Assembly: GCA_030265395.1 (NCBI GenBank)
Contig: JARFYF010000118.1
Coordinates: forward strand, 16,904,508-16,968,507
Source: Rhina ancylostomus
Taxonomy: Eukaryota
Direction of reading: 5' to 3'
DNA length: 64,000 bases
The notes below the pieces were generated by a model. That model made no database searches, was not told the DNA's origin, and worked only from the letters and a program-made list of their open reading frames with translations. The translations under genes and the position numbers were made by a program. Positions 1 through 11,099 of this stretch are shown here, in pieces; the stretch's first letter is position 1, and each line of letters starts with the position of its first letter.

Positions 1-270
1 GACATCTCCTCTATATCTACTCCCCAGCACCTTAAACCTATGTCCTCTTGTGGCCACCATTTCAGCCCTGGGGAAAAACCTCTGACTATCTACCCAATCA
101 ATACCTCTCATCATCTTATACACCACTATCAGATCCCCCCTCATCCTCCGTCACTCCAAGGAGAAAAGGCCGAATTCCCTCAACCTGCTTTCATAAGGTG
201 TACTCTGCATTCCAGGAAGCATCCTTGTAAATCTCCTCTGTACCCTTTCTATGGCTTCCACATCCTTCCT
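1..270 (-). mobile_element. CR1-clade LINE ORF2 C-terminal fragment, young subfamily
   Basis: Reverse strand reads RKDVEAIERVQRRFTRMLPG...RLRELGLFSLE*RRMRGDLIVVYKMMRGID...MVATRGHRFKV, the CR1 ORF2 C-terminus; very similar to 17479-17700. Confidence 0.92.
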
Positions 271-540
271 GTTGGGGTATCTAGAACAAGGGGTCACCAA
301 GTCAAAATAAAGGGTTAGCTATTCAGGATCAGAAGGAATTTTGTCACTTAGAGATTAGTGAATCTTTGGAATTGTCCACCCAAGAGGACTGTGCGGGTCA
401 GTAGCTTAATATATTCAAGACATGAAGATTTATAAGATTTTGAGATAATATGGGAAGCAAGGGATATGGGGCTAGTTTAGGAAAGTGATGTTGAGGTAAA
501 AGATCAAACATGATCTTATTGAATGGCCTATTCTTGCTTT
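271..540 (+). mobile_element. Older CR1 LINE 3' fragment
   Basis: SRTRGHQVKIKG followed by degenerate 'gtgaatctttggaatt...gatcttattgaatggcctatt' CR1 3' end. Confidence 0.75.
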
Positions 541-1744
541 TGGTTGTTACATTCTAATCATTTGTATAGGTCTGCTGTACTTGTGCCAGATTCAACCTTA
601 TGGGATCAGTCTCAAAGTTCCCACTGCCCCATTAAATTCCACATGTAGTCCAGCGGTGCAGTTCACAGACAGATGGCTGGGCAGAAGGTGCTGCTATTGG
701 CTTCCTCTGACAAGTGTGGGCAAGTTCAAATGGAAGCATTGGCATGGAAATGCAAGTTCCAAGGCATTGAGAAACATGATAGTTCAATGTGTAATTTTAA
801 AAATACTATTAATAAAATCTAACATTTTTAAGACAGATTTTTTACATTCACTTTGGACAGAAACTTCTGATGCATATATTATAGAAAGATAATATTGGGA
901 GAAATTATGTTGACTGATTTGACTTGCTCATTAAGAAACCACAGTTCACCCATGTTTCTTCATGCTCAAATGCTTACTCTGAGAATTCTGTTATAGTTAT
1001 TTACATTACAAGATTCAATTATAAATATTGACCCAAGCAGCAAAATATAAATAAAATGAAAGATCAGAAGCTTGTCATTTACAATCGTCTTATGTTTCCA
1101 TTGCAAGGCATTTACTAACTAATGCTGGCATTCTGGGGTTTTGAGTGACAATGGTCCTTTGAGTAAATGGTGCACTTGTCATTGGAATGCTCAGAAGCAA
1201 GTGTTTCCTAAATTATTGTGGAGCCTCATATCTGCAGCTGGAAATTGGACACTTTGGCAGAGATTGCAGGGAGAGGGGCTGGCCAGGCTGTAAGCATTGA
1301 TTGGGTGGTGGGGGTTGTTGTAGGGAAACAAAAAAATCATGAGGGTGGTGGTGAGGGACAGAGACTGGGTTGAGGGGAAATGAAGGGACATGGAGGAAAC
1401 GAGTTGAAGAAAGCAGAGGAGAAATGAGATCAGTGTTGACGGCAGTATTAAAGGGAGTTTGAAGTTATGGACTAAAGTGATGGTGAGCATTGATTATAGT
1501 GCAAATTCATTCTGTTGAGAGGAAACATCTTTGCTTCCCCAAGTCAACAAGCAGTGCTGGAAAGGCTCCAGACCTTCTGACCTTCCTTCATTTAGAGATC
1601 ATAGAAACAACTTAAAGGGTTAAGAATCTTTGGAATTTTCTAATACAGAGGCCTGTTTGGTGTATTCAAGACTGAGGTGAATAGATATTTGAAATCCAGG
1701 GGAAATCAAGAAATAATCAACAGGGCAAAACAACAATCCATTTT

Positions 1745-2246
1745 ACATGTCTATCCACGGCCCCCTCTACCGCCACGTTGAGGCTAGACATGGGTTGGAG
1801 GAATAACATCTCATATTCTGGCTTGGTAATCTCCAACCTGACGGCCTCAACATTGATTTCTCTAACTTCCAGTAACCCTCCCCTCTTCTCACCCCTCCCC
1901 TTTGTCTTTCCTCATTCCTGTGGCCCACTGCTCCCTTCTCTTTCCCCTTTCGCCACCCTCATGACCCGCCCATCTATTCCCCACCTCCTTCTCTTTATTC
2001 CATGGTCCACTGGCCTCTTCTACCAGATTCCTNNNNNNNNNNNNNNNNNNNNNNNNNNNNNNNNNNNNNNNNNNNNNNNNNNNNNNNNNNNNNNNNNNNN
2101 NNNNNNNNNNNNNNNNNNNNNNNNNNNNNNNNNNNNNNNNNNNNNNNNNNNNNNNNNNNNNNNNNNNNNNNNNCTCCCCCGACCTTCTTATTCTGGCTTC
2201 TGCCCTTTTCCTTTCCAGTCCTGATGAAGGGTCTCGACCTAAAATG
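1745..2246 (+). mobile_element. Penelope-like element 3' fragment (GIY-YIG endonuclease C-terminus and pseudo-LTR)
   Basis: 1747-1875 reads MSIHGPLYRHVEARHGLEE*HLIFWLGNLQPDGLNIDFSNFQ*, followed by a pyrimidine-rich tail and cagtcCTGATGAagggtctcgacctAAAAtg (truncated hammerhead core, 2216-2246); contains an N gap. Confidence 0.85.
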
Positions 2247-2445
2247 AAATAGGAACAGGCACTGGCATATGGGCCTCGAGGTTCCTTTGGAATCTGAGAA
2301 GATCATGGCACATGTTACCTCAGCTTCACCTTCCTGACCTTTTCCCTTCATTCCCTGGATTCAAAAAAATAATTGATCTCAGCTTTGATTGCACTCAACA
2401 ATCCTCTGTGGTAAAGAATTCCAAAGATTTGTAACCCATTCTGAT
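2247..2445 (-). mobile_element. Degenerate CR1 LINE 3' end
   Basis: 'aaataggaacagg...ctctgtggtaaagaattccaaagattt' matches the reverse complement of the CR1 3' end. Confidence 0.6.
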
Positions 2446-3299
2446 AGATATAAGAGATCACGAATACAAGGTCACACTGTAAATTTCTGTTCCCCTTGGT
2501 GAATCCAGGGATACTATGATTGATCTTTGTGCCTGGACTAGAGAAGGCACACAATCCCTGCTTTCCACCTACTTCTGGGTTGGGAAGTATAAGTACAGTA
2601 CAGTATAAGGAGAGTGCTTTTTGCTCCATGATCAAATACCTTACAGATGCTCACTGTTTCACACCTGAAACAGAGTTAAGTGTTAACACAACAAAGGAGG
2701 GTGTCTTCCTTGTCTTCTCCTTAATTTTACTTTTGGTGTTATGTATGGAGTTATCAGTACTGATAATTAAGATGTATTCATTATGTATTGCATCAGACAT
2801 TAATTTCATGATCAATCCATTCAGTTGAACATTAAACAAGTCTTCTACATTACTGATTAAATTAAAGGTCAAATTCTTTGGTTTAAGATATCACACATCT
2901 GAACTGCATAATTAGTTTTCCAGAAATGTTAGAGTTTTGTAAGGATATAACTTCAGGTGCAAATCCTTCCCATCTCACTCACACCTAAATTGTATTTCAG
3001 CCTGCGGTGGAAATATTATTAAAAACTACAGCATCCTTTCCAGCCTCTAATAGATTAATTTCAGTTCAACTTTGCCAAAGCAAATTATACATGCTGGTAG
3101 TACAAATCTCAGAATTGTAAGAATAAAAAATCAACAAAGAGAATTCCATAGTTGTTACATCCTTCAATTTAATGTTCAGAATGCATGAATGCTTGATTCA
3201 AAGTACATGCCTCCAATTAACCCTGTTGATTCAGGGATCTATTTATTTGTGTTTCAGTCCAAATTTACTCAGTTGCATGCACACCTAATCAATAAATTG

Positions 3300-3380
3300 C
3301 CACTCTTCATTGGCTGTGAAGCAATTTGGAATGTCTACAGTTCCTTGAAGGTGTTGTATATTTACAAATGTATTCTTCAA
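3300..3380 (+). mobile_element. Deu-SINE/L2-type 3' tail remnant
   Basis: 'cttcattggctgtgaagcaatttggaatgtc...gaaggtgttgtatat' resembles the Deu-SINE 3' tail. Confidence 0.5.
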
Positions 3381-3639
3381 TTTACTTGATTAATTGCTAT
3401 GTTATATTTGCTTACTGTTTCCTGTTGCCATAACAGTGCTCTTGCTTCAATTCATATCAATTATTCAAACTTCTATTTCCTCTTTGATGGAACATGAAAC
3501 ATTCCATCAAGTTGACAAATATCAATGCTGGGGATAATTTCACTTTTGATTTCATACCCTGTCCCCATATTAACCATTCCCAGGGCAGGTACTAGATTGG
3601 CATAGAATGAGAATAAATTCCACCGAGCAAGAAAATACA

Positions 3640-4030
3640 TACGAACATACAAATTAGAAATCGTAGTAGGCCACTCAGCCCATCAAGCCTGCTCCATGAT
3701 TTACTTAGTTCATGGCTGATCTAATTGTAAGCTCCACCTTTTCTCTATGTTAAGTGGGTCACCTTTTAGTTTTAGACAGTGATCCCTAGTTATTGATTCT
3801 CCCACAAGAGGAAACAACATCTCTGCATTTACTCAGTCAAGACCTCTCAGGGTCTCATATTCTTCAATCAGATTTCTCCTCTCACTCTCCCAAGCTCCAG
3901 CAATACTAACCTGACCAATCTGACCTTTCCTCAGAAGACAATTCACCCATTCTTGGTTTTATTCTGTAAACAGTGCTCCAGATTTGGTCTTACCAATGTC
4001 CTATGTAACTGAACCATAACTTCCCCACCT
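3640..4030 (-). mobile_element. Degenerate CR1 LINE 3' fragment
   Basis: 'gaacatacaaattagaaatcgtagtaggccactcagccc...gatccctagttattgattctcccacaagaggaaac' reverse CR1 3' region. Confidence 0.75.
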
Positions 4031-4044
4031 TTTCCTTGGATGTT

Positions 4045-4470
4045 GGATGGTCATATGAGGAAAGAATGGGTCAACTAGGCCTATGTTCAAAAAAGTTTTG
4101 AAGAATGAGAGGGGATCTTGTTGAAATATACAAAATTCTGATGGAGCTGGATAGACCGGATATGGGGAAGGCGATTCCTCTCACCAAGGGAACTAAATTG
4201 AGGAGTCACAGTCTTGGGATACAGGGTCAAATATTTAGGATTATGACAAAGAGTCGAGAGTGGTAAAGGTGTGGAATTCACCAGCACAGAAGGTGATGGA
4301 TGTCAAGTTGCTGTATATCCTTAAGAAGGATATACAGCGATGAAGGGGTATGGGAAGAGCATGGGAGTATGATATTGAGATAGATGATCAGCTATAATTG
4401 CACTGAATGTTCAACCAGGCTCAATTGCCAAATGGCCTACTCATGCACATATTTTCTGTGTCTCTATGTT
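4045..4470 (+). mobile_element. Degenerate CR1 LINE 3' fragment
   Basis: SYEERMGQLGL...RMRGDLVEIYKILMELDR followed by CR1 3' UTR. Confidence 0.8.
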
Positions 4471-5804
4471 TCTGCTTTTGTATCCAGAGGTAGATTGCTC
4501 CAAAGTGTTAACAAGATGGAACGGCCAAGTGGATGGGAATTCCAAATAATGGAGGCCAGTGAAGGGATGGTGCACAGGAGATTTAAATCGGAGGAAAGGG
4601 GAATTCAGGGACAGATCTGCAGTACAGGAAAGGATAATGAGCTTCAACTGGAAAGAAACAAACAGGGTTATTCAAATGATGAACAACAGACAGGGTAGTG
4701 GAACAAGACAGAAAGAAAAACACATACAGAGAGGACATTGAGGGACTGAGCTTCAGGTGGTAATATACTTAACAGGTTTTATCATCTTGTGCAAACATGT
4801 CTCCCTACCCTGCCTGAGCTAACTAGTTCACACCAAACTCCACTGTAAGTAACTTTGTTCACAGGAGACAGAAGAGATCAATCAGATGACTGGCTCAGCA
4901 TCAACTTTGTCAATGCAAGACAAACCCAGGATTCCTATCCGTCCACTGCTCGACCTAAGATTACAAATTTCAAATCTCGATTTTAAAAACAATTCATTCA
5001 TAGACATGTCTCAAAAAACCCTCAGTACACCATTTCCCATCTCTAACCAGTCGGCTGTGAACTGCAGCAGTAAATTCAAGCAAGGAGACTTTATGACACA
5101 TTATCAGAATGAAGTATTTTCATAACACTGCTTTAAGCTTCACTACGGGCTGGTAATTGAGCAACTTATTGTTTTAGTTGCCTAATTGAACCCGAGACTA
5201 TTCTGTATTGACCTGGCAGACTATAATTGATGGTTTGAGCTGAAAGCTTGTAGCTCACATAGACATTTTGCCAGCAGGTAATGTTCTGAAAAGAAAGCAA
5301 AACAAAATGTTTCTTGGTGTTTGCTTAACCTTCTGTGTTTAGATGGGAATTAGTCACTGACTGAAATGATTCACAGACTACAGCAACACATTCACATCAT
5401 AGTCATCGCCTGACTTCCTGCACTGTGTACCCAGCTCCTGTTGTGGGAGAAAGAAGACACTCATTGGAGCTGAGGGACACTTGCACCAATATTGTCATTG
5501 CAGGAAAAATCTCAGCATACTAGCATAAGTTACACACCTGAAGGCCCTTTCACTTGAGCTCAATTGAGACTGGTCATCCACATCTATCAGATAGGTGATA
5601 AAATGCATCAGTAATTGAGAAAGTCAATGTTTTCCTGGAATTTTTAAGGTTAAGGGATAATTTGATCAATGATTTCTCATGGTGTGACAGATTGGTAAGG
5701 GAATTTGGGATTAGGAAGGAAAAAGTCAAAGAAAATTGAGAGGCTTTACAAGAGAGAAACTGGGAAACACTTCTATTTGCAACAGAGGAAGTTGCACTTC
5801 GGAA

Positions 5805-5875
5805 TAAGAACAGAAATTGCTGGAAATGCTAAGCAGGTCAGACAGCATCTGTGGAGAGAGAAACAGTGAATATTT
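5805..5875 (-). mobile_element. PLE pseudo-LTR end; probably continues at about 6715-6830 beyond the nested insertions
   Basis: 'acagaaattgctggaaatgctaagcaggtcagacagcatctgtggagagagaaacag' is the reverse PLE tail; 'acgtttt...gacctttcttcagaactg' at 6715 is the expected continuation. Confidence 0.65.
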
Positions 5876-6228
5876 ACAGAATTCATAGAGTTATACAGCA
5901 AAGAAACAGGCCCTTTGGCCAACTGATCCATGCTGACCAAGATGCCCCATCTAAGCTGGTCCTATTTGCCAGCATTTGGCCCATAACCTTCCAGACCTTT
6001 CCAATCCATGTAACTGTCAACTGTCTTTTAAAAGTTGTATTGTACCTGCCTCAACCACTTCCTCTGGCAGCTNNNNNNNNNNNNNNNNNNNNNNNNNNNN
6101 NNNNNNNNNNNNNNNNNNNNNNNNNNNNNNNNNNNNNNNNNNNNNNNNNNNNNNNNNNNNNNNNNNNNNNNNNNNNNNNNNNNNNNNNNNNNNNNNNNNN
6201 NNNNNNNNNNNNNNNNNNNNNNNNNNNN

Positions 6229-6432
6229 AGGATCCTTCTTCAGGACTGAAGGTAGGAAAAGGAGAAGCCCATTGTATAGGAGAGAAAAACATATCCCTCC
6301 TTTTCCCTCCTATATATTGGACTTTCCATTTTCCTATCTTCAGTCCTGAAGAAGGGTCCTAACCCGAAACGTTGACCGCCTGCTTTCCTCCCCAGATTCT
6401 GCCTGGCCTACTGAGTTCCTTCAGCATCATCG
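6229..6432. mobile_element. PLE-derived fold-back element with hammerhead core (left part lies in an N gap)
   Basis: 'ggatccttcttcaggactgaag' (6230) is inverted relative to 'cttcagtcctgaagaagggtcc' (6338); followed by PLE tail 'ctgcctggcctactgagttccttcagcat'. Confidence 0.8.
6341..6378 (+). ncRNA. Minimal type I hammerhead ribozyme motif (PLE type)
   Basis: cagtc-CTGAAGA-a-gggtcctaaccc-GAAA-cg-TT-gaccg: intact CUGANGA and GAAA boxes, GGG/CCC stem II, palindromic ACGU stem III, GUU cleavage triplet, stem I 4/5 paired. Confidence 0.65.
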
Positions 6433-6845
6433 TGTAAAATAAGTTGGCCCTCAAGTTCCTATTAAATCTTTCCCCTCTCACCTTAAACCTATGTCCTCTA
6501 GTTCTTGATTCCCCAACCCCAGGAAAAAGACTGAGTGCAATCACCCTATCTATACCCCTCATGATTTTATACACTATTTCCAGACACAAAAGGCATCAAA
6601 GGGCAAGGGGAGAGTGCAGGAATGTGGGTTTAAGGTTAGCCATTGTCATTTTGAATGATGAAGTAGGCTAAAAGGGATGAATGGCCTACCCGGCTCCTTT
6701 CTTTCTATGTTCTTACGTTTTGGTGACCTTTCTTCAGAACTGGGGGATTAAAAGACAAAACAAGTTCTAAGATGATGGAAAAAAGGGAAACCTATGATAC
6801 CGTAACAGGTAGTGGCGATTAAATGACAAACAGAATATTCATTAA

Positions 6846-6986
6846 CAGAGAACACTACAGCACAGTACAGGCCCTTCAGGTTGTGCTGACATTTTATCCT
6901 GCTCTAAGATCTATCTAACCCTTCCCTCCCACTATTTTTCTATCATTCATGTGTCTATCTAAGAGTATGTTAAATGTCCCTAATGA
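6846..6986 (-). mobile_element. CR1 LINE 3' end
   Basis: 'acagcacagtacaggccctt...ttttatcctgctctaagatc', same subfamily as 54564-54987. Confidence 0.8.
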
Positions 6987-7741
6987 ACAGCACTTCAAGG
7001 TGGGCAAGGCCTATCACCCATAACAATCTACTGTTCAGCAGCTGGGTCAATTTGCTCAGAAAACTAAGTGCCAATGGAAAAAAAACACAACAGCCTCTCT
7101 CAATAGATGAGGAGCAATTTTATTTCTAGAGAAACGCAGTGAGGGTAAGATAATGTATAAAATATGTGTATAAAATTAATCTCAGTCGTTCTATGCAGAC
7201 TAGTCACCAACACTTACAGAATTATCAAATGCTTTCCATTCTAATTGTCACTTTATGCAGCCAATGACAAAAGGAATGATCGTGCAAGGCAAAAGGAGCC
7301 AGAAAAGCGCACAAAAGATACTTCATAAGGAAGTGAACAGAAGCATTATGTGAAACTGTCAAACTCAACGTCAAGTCCAAATGGATGCAAAATGATNNNN
7401 NNNNNNNNNNNNNNNNNNNNNNNNNNNNNNNNNNNNNNNNNNNNNNNNNNNNNNNNNNNNNNNNNNNNNNNNNNNNNNNNNNNNNNNNNNNNNNNNGCAA
7501 AATGATCATAGCTTGCATCCATCCCACCTGTACTCTATTCTTGACAATCCATTTGGAAAGGCATATTTTCTATGCTGCCTCTCATTACTCAGTGAAATAA
7601 AGCAAAAGATTAACACTGAGGAAGAATAGTCTTGATATTTGTCGTGAGCCTTCAACTAAAATTATACAGGTTACAATTTTTGTAATAGAATTTCACTTGC
7701 TCTGTGTATTCACAATCACAATGCACATTTGTCATTCATGA

Positions 7742-8079
7742 CATAGAAGGAAGTCATCTGGCCTGTTGAGTCTATGCCAGCTCTCAGAGCAATCCTATTA
7801 ATTTCATTCCACGTCTTATTCCCCTGTAACCTATTCCCTCACACATGCCCATTAATACTCTTGATTCTTCCACTATCCACCCACAGCAGGTAGAGATTAC
7901 AATGGCCACTTAACCTACCAACGAGCCCAGCTTTGAAATGTGAGAGGAAATCAGAGATCCAATGAGAAACAGGGAGAACTTGGCAAACTCCACTCAGATA
8001 GCGCCAGAGATCAAAATCAAATGTGAGTTGCTGGAGCTATCAGTCAGCTGTACTTCCTTGCAGCATGAATATGCCACCC
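7742..8079 (-). mobile_element. tRNA-derived V-SINE/HE1-type SINE with CR1-like tail, old copy
   Basis: Reverse-strand head near 8079, V-core 'gagaggaaatcagag...gggagaacttggcaaactccac', tail 'ggcctgttgagtctatgccagctctc'. Confidence 0.75.
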
Positions 8080-8984
8080 TTATTTCTTTCCTTTTGTTGT
8101 GGGAGTTACAGAGGTAAAGAGAAGATTGTGGTCTTCATGTGTGATCCACATTAAGTGCTCGAAAACTGCCGTGGCTCTATGTTTGACCCCATTGACCAAC
8201 TTTAATATAATTTCAAATGCCAGTGTTATCTCTTCTGAGAGAGAGATAGATTAAAAGTGCAGCCAGGAAAATTACCCTGCAAATTACCAGGAACTATTCC
8301 AGTGCTACCTCTGGGTAAAACAATCATTTCTGTGCTCTCTGTTCTCACCATTACTTCAACTTTTTATTGCACAGCTGTTTTATAGATGTCTTTCCAAAAG
8401 TCAAGCCAGCCAAGGTGCATTTTAATTGACAGCCTATGGTAAGAACATATGCAGTGAGCTTTAGGAATTTTTTTAAAGTTCTATAATTAGTAACACCACA
8501 AATAAGTAGCATCAAGGATAGGCAAAGGGTGATCACTGACTGTCATCTGAAATTTGATTTAGAGATGTTCATACTTATAATAACAATAATGATTCTCCCT
8601 GCATCATGCTGCTCTAGAAAGCACAACAGAAAGAGAAAAATCATTGAACTGGGCAGAGCATGTCACTCTAGATATTTGACAATGCGCCTTCTGTATTTCA
8701 TGTCTAGGTGGGATTTCGAGGCATTCAGTCACATTCCCAAGGATGGTAGCTTCGCACTATTTATTCTTCAGTCAAGCACATACACCAATTTTCACTAAAA
8801 TGTCAGGGCGAAGATTCTGTCTTTATAAAGCTCCCTCAATTGGGAGTTTGTTGCACTGAGGTAGCAGTGGTATCACTGAAGGCAAATTAACACTTGGGCA
8901 GACATTGCCGATGTCTTAATCTAGACAGGCGCCCTACTCTTGAGTGTTCAAAACAGCTTTAATTTTCTTTGGCAGTGGTCTCTC

Positions 8985-9618
8985 CTACTTATCCTTCTTA
9001 ACCAGACCCAGCCATTTTATTACTTTCCTGACTGGCCTTTGACTTTCCACCCTCAATCATTGACTCCATTCAGAACTTTGCTGGCCTTTCCCCTGTAACC
9101 ATCAAGTACTGCTCACCTAACAGTCCTGGTGCACTGAGCTGTATTGGTTCTTTTCAGTCAGTGCAGGTGAGCACGATCGGGGTGATGGGTGGGCAGGGCT
9201 TGACAGAGGCAGAAAAAAAGATAGCAAAGACTCAGATTCAAAGTTCTCCTGCTCCTGTCCGAATCTATCCAGAGACTTATTCTACCACATTCTGTTACTT
9301 CCCCCGATCTTAGCACCTTCTGAGAAAGAATATGCTTCTCCAATTCTGCCCTTGCATTTCTCTGGTCTAATTTGTTCTGTGATTGAGAGTTTTACCTCCA
9401 CCTGCCTCTTTCCAAAGCTCTGAAGTTCCTTCCCTAAACGCAACTGTTTCTCCTTCTCACCCCCTGCATGGCAATACTTTAAAATCAACCTCTTTAATCA
9501 AGACTTAATTATCTCTGCCAATAATCATCTTCTTTTGGCCAATTTTTCACCTGATTAAACCTCTTTGAAGAACTATGGGATGCTTAACCTCAATAAAGCA
9601 GTTGCGAAAATGTAAGTT
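8985..9618 (+). mobile_element. L2-clade LINE 3' fragment, degenerate
   Basis: Collinear remnants of RLDYSNALLAGLP..IQNSAA..ITPVL.LHWL..FKILIL..PKLWNSLP..LKTYLFDQA, e.g. 'ccaaagctctgaagttccttccctaaac', 'aaaatcaacctctttaatcaag'. Confidence 0.7.
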
Positions 9619-9774
9619 ATGGCAGTACTATTGGGTCAAATTCCTGGAGATATCAACTTTGGTGCACAGATTGCACCTATTCCAGAAGACCCACCACCAA
9701 ATGGTCTAAAGAATATAGAGGAATGGGTAACAAATGCTTGGAAAACTTCTTTATACTGAAATCTCTTCTTTACA

Positions 9775-10230
9775 CTGTGAACGTTGTGTCATGCACTCCG
9801 AGCAGGTGGAACGGTTTCCACCTCTGATATCTCAGAAAATCCTTGGAGCCATTTAGAATCAATAGATCAATGATAATGAGATCCTGGGAGAACTTGCTGA
9901 TGATGTATGCAAAACTACACTGGCCACTCACAGGCTTTGCTTGCCTTAAGATCATCTGTTTTACAGCTGAGGAAGGCCATAGGTCAGATAGTGACATGGT
10001 CAAACACTCAAAAGATTCAGCAACCCCATGAAAAGCTGAGAGAATCTGCCCACAATCACTCATTGTGGAGAAGCTGAGTCAAGACTGGCTCGGTTGCCAT
10101 AGAGAGCCACCAGAGAGCCCAGGAAACAGAGTGCTCTATCCTCCCACTGACCTGTAGTCACTGTGGGAAGGTTTGCTGCTTTTACATTGTGCTTTTACCA
10201 AATCCAATACCAAGGAACACTGACTAACTG
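9775..10230 (+). mobile_element. RTE-clade LINE ORF C-terminal fragment, degenerate
   Basis: Remnants FHL*YLRKILG..INDNEIL, AKLHW, NHSLWRS*VKTG and the CxxC motif TCSHCGKVC. Confidence 0.65.
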
Positions 10231-11099
10231 ACTTTGTCATGACATCTGTTATCTGTTCAGTTGTTGGATGACTTCTTGCCAGGGAACCTACTACCTGAAA
10301 TGTGTAGTTAAATAAATACAATACTCTTTAGTCTTGCCCAAAACTTACGGCTCATTGATCTTGTCCTTTAGATCTGTGGCCAAACCATTAAATTATATAT
10401 TTTTTCATGCATTTATGTCATTTTAACAACTTAATTCACGCTTCTTCTCCATTCGTGACTGAAATCTGATCTCTGAGCTTCTCTCCATAATTTAACATTG
10501 CGGGTGTTAAATCAACCCTTTTGTCCCTGTCTCCTCTTCAATTCTTTGAAGGCAGTTTACTGAAAACAGTATATAACATTTTGATTAGATTCTTACTGAT
10601 GACTTATGCAAAGTTAAAGTGACCTGCTTCAAGTTGCAATCCCGTATTCCTGAATTGCATTACGGTATTTGATTGGGGTTGTTGCTAAGAGCCTCTCATT
10701 GCTTGGATACTTGCAGGGAATGATTGATAATCACACATGAATTCTTTCCTATCTTTAAAAATGGACAAATGTTCCCATAGCAACTCTTGCCTCATTTCTT
10801 TGAAGAGTCGTGAAATGTCAATGGTATGAAATATAACTCAAGGTTGCTATGCAGCGTATTCCTCAAAATTTTTTCCACCTCTAATAAAGTTACACAAGAA
10901 TTACCTAAAACAGTGAATCTATCCACGAGGTTCTTTCTCTTGTGCATGGGTATTTGAGCCACAGGATAGAATTGGAAGCTGAAACTTTGTGTCCATTCAG
11001 TGGCTTTGGGTGAGGTTATGTGAACAGATGTGATGCTAAACATATGTTAGAACAAGAATTCATCATATAAGGTACAATTTGATTTAGGTATAGGTACAT

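Larger units (their letters stand above)
5883..6578 (-). mobile_element. CR1 LINE 3' fragment interrupted by a PLE fold-back insertion
   Basis: ORF 6359..6589(-) YKIMRGIDRVIALSLFPGVGESRTRGHRFKVRGERFNRNLRANLFYT; 3' UTR at 5883-6072. Confidence 0.9.

Noticed and set aside
2640-2680. 20-nt minus-strand micro-exon between ctctgtttcag and GTAAGG
   Set aside because: Frame-shifting length, weak donor context and no partner exons
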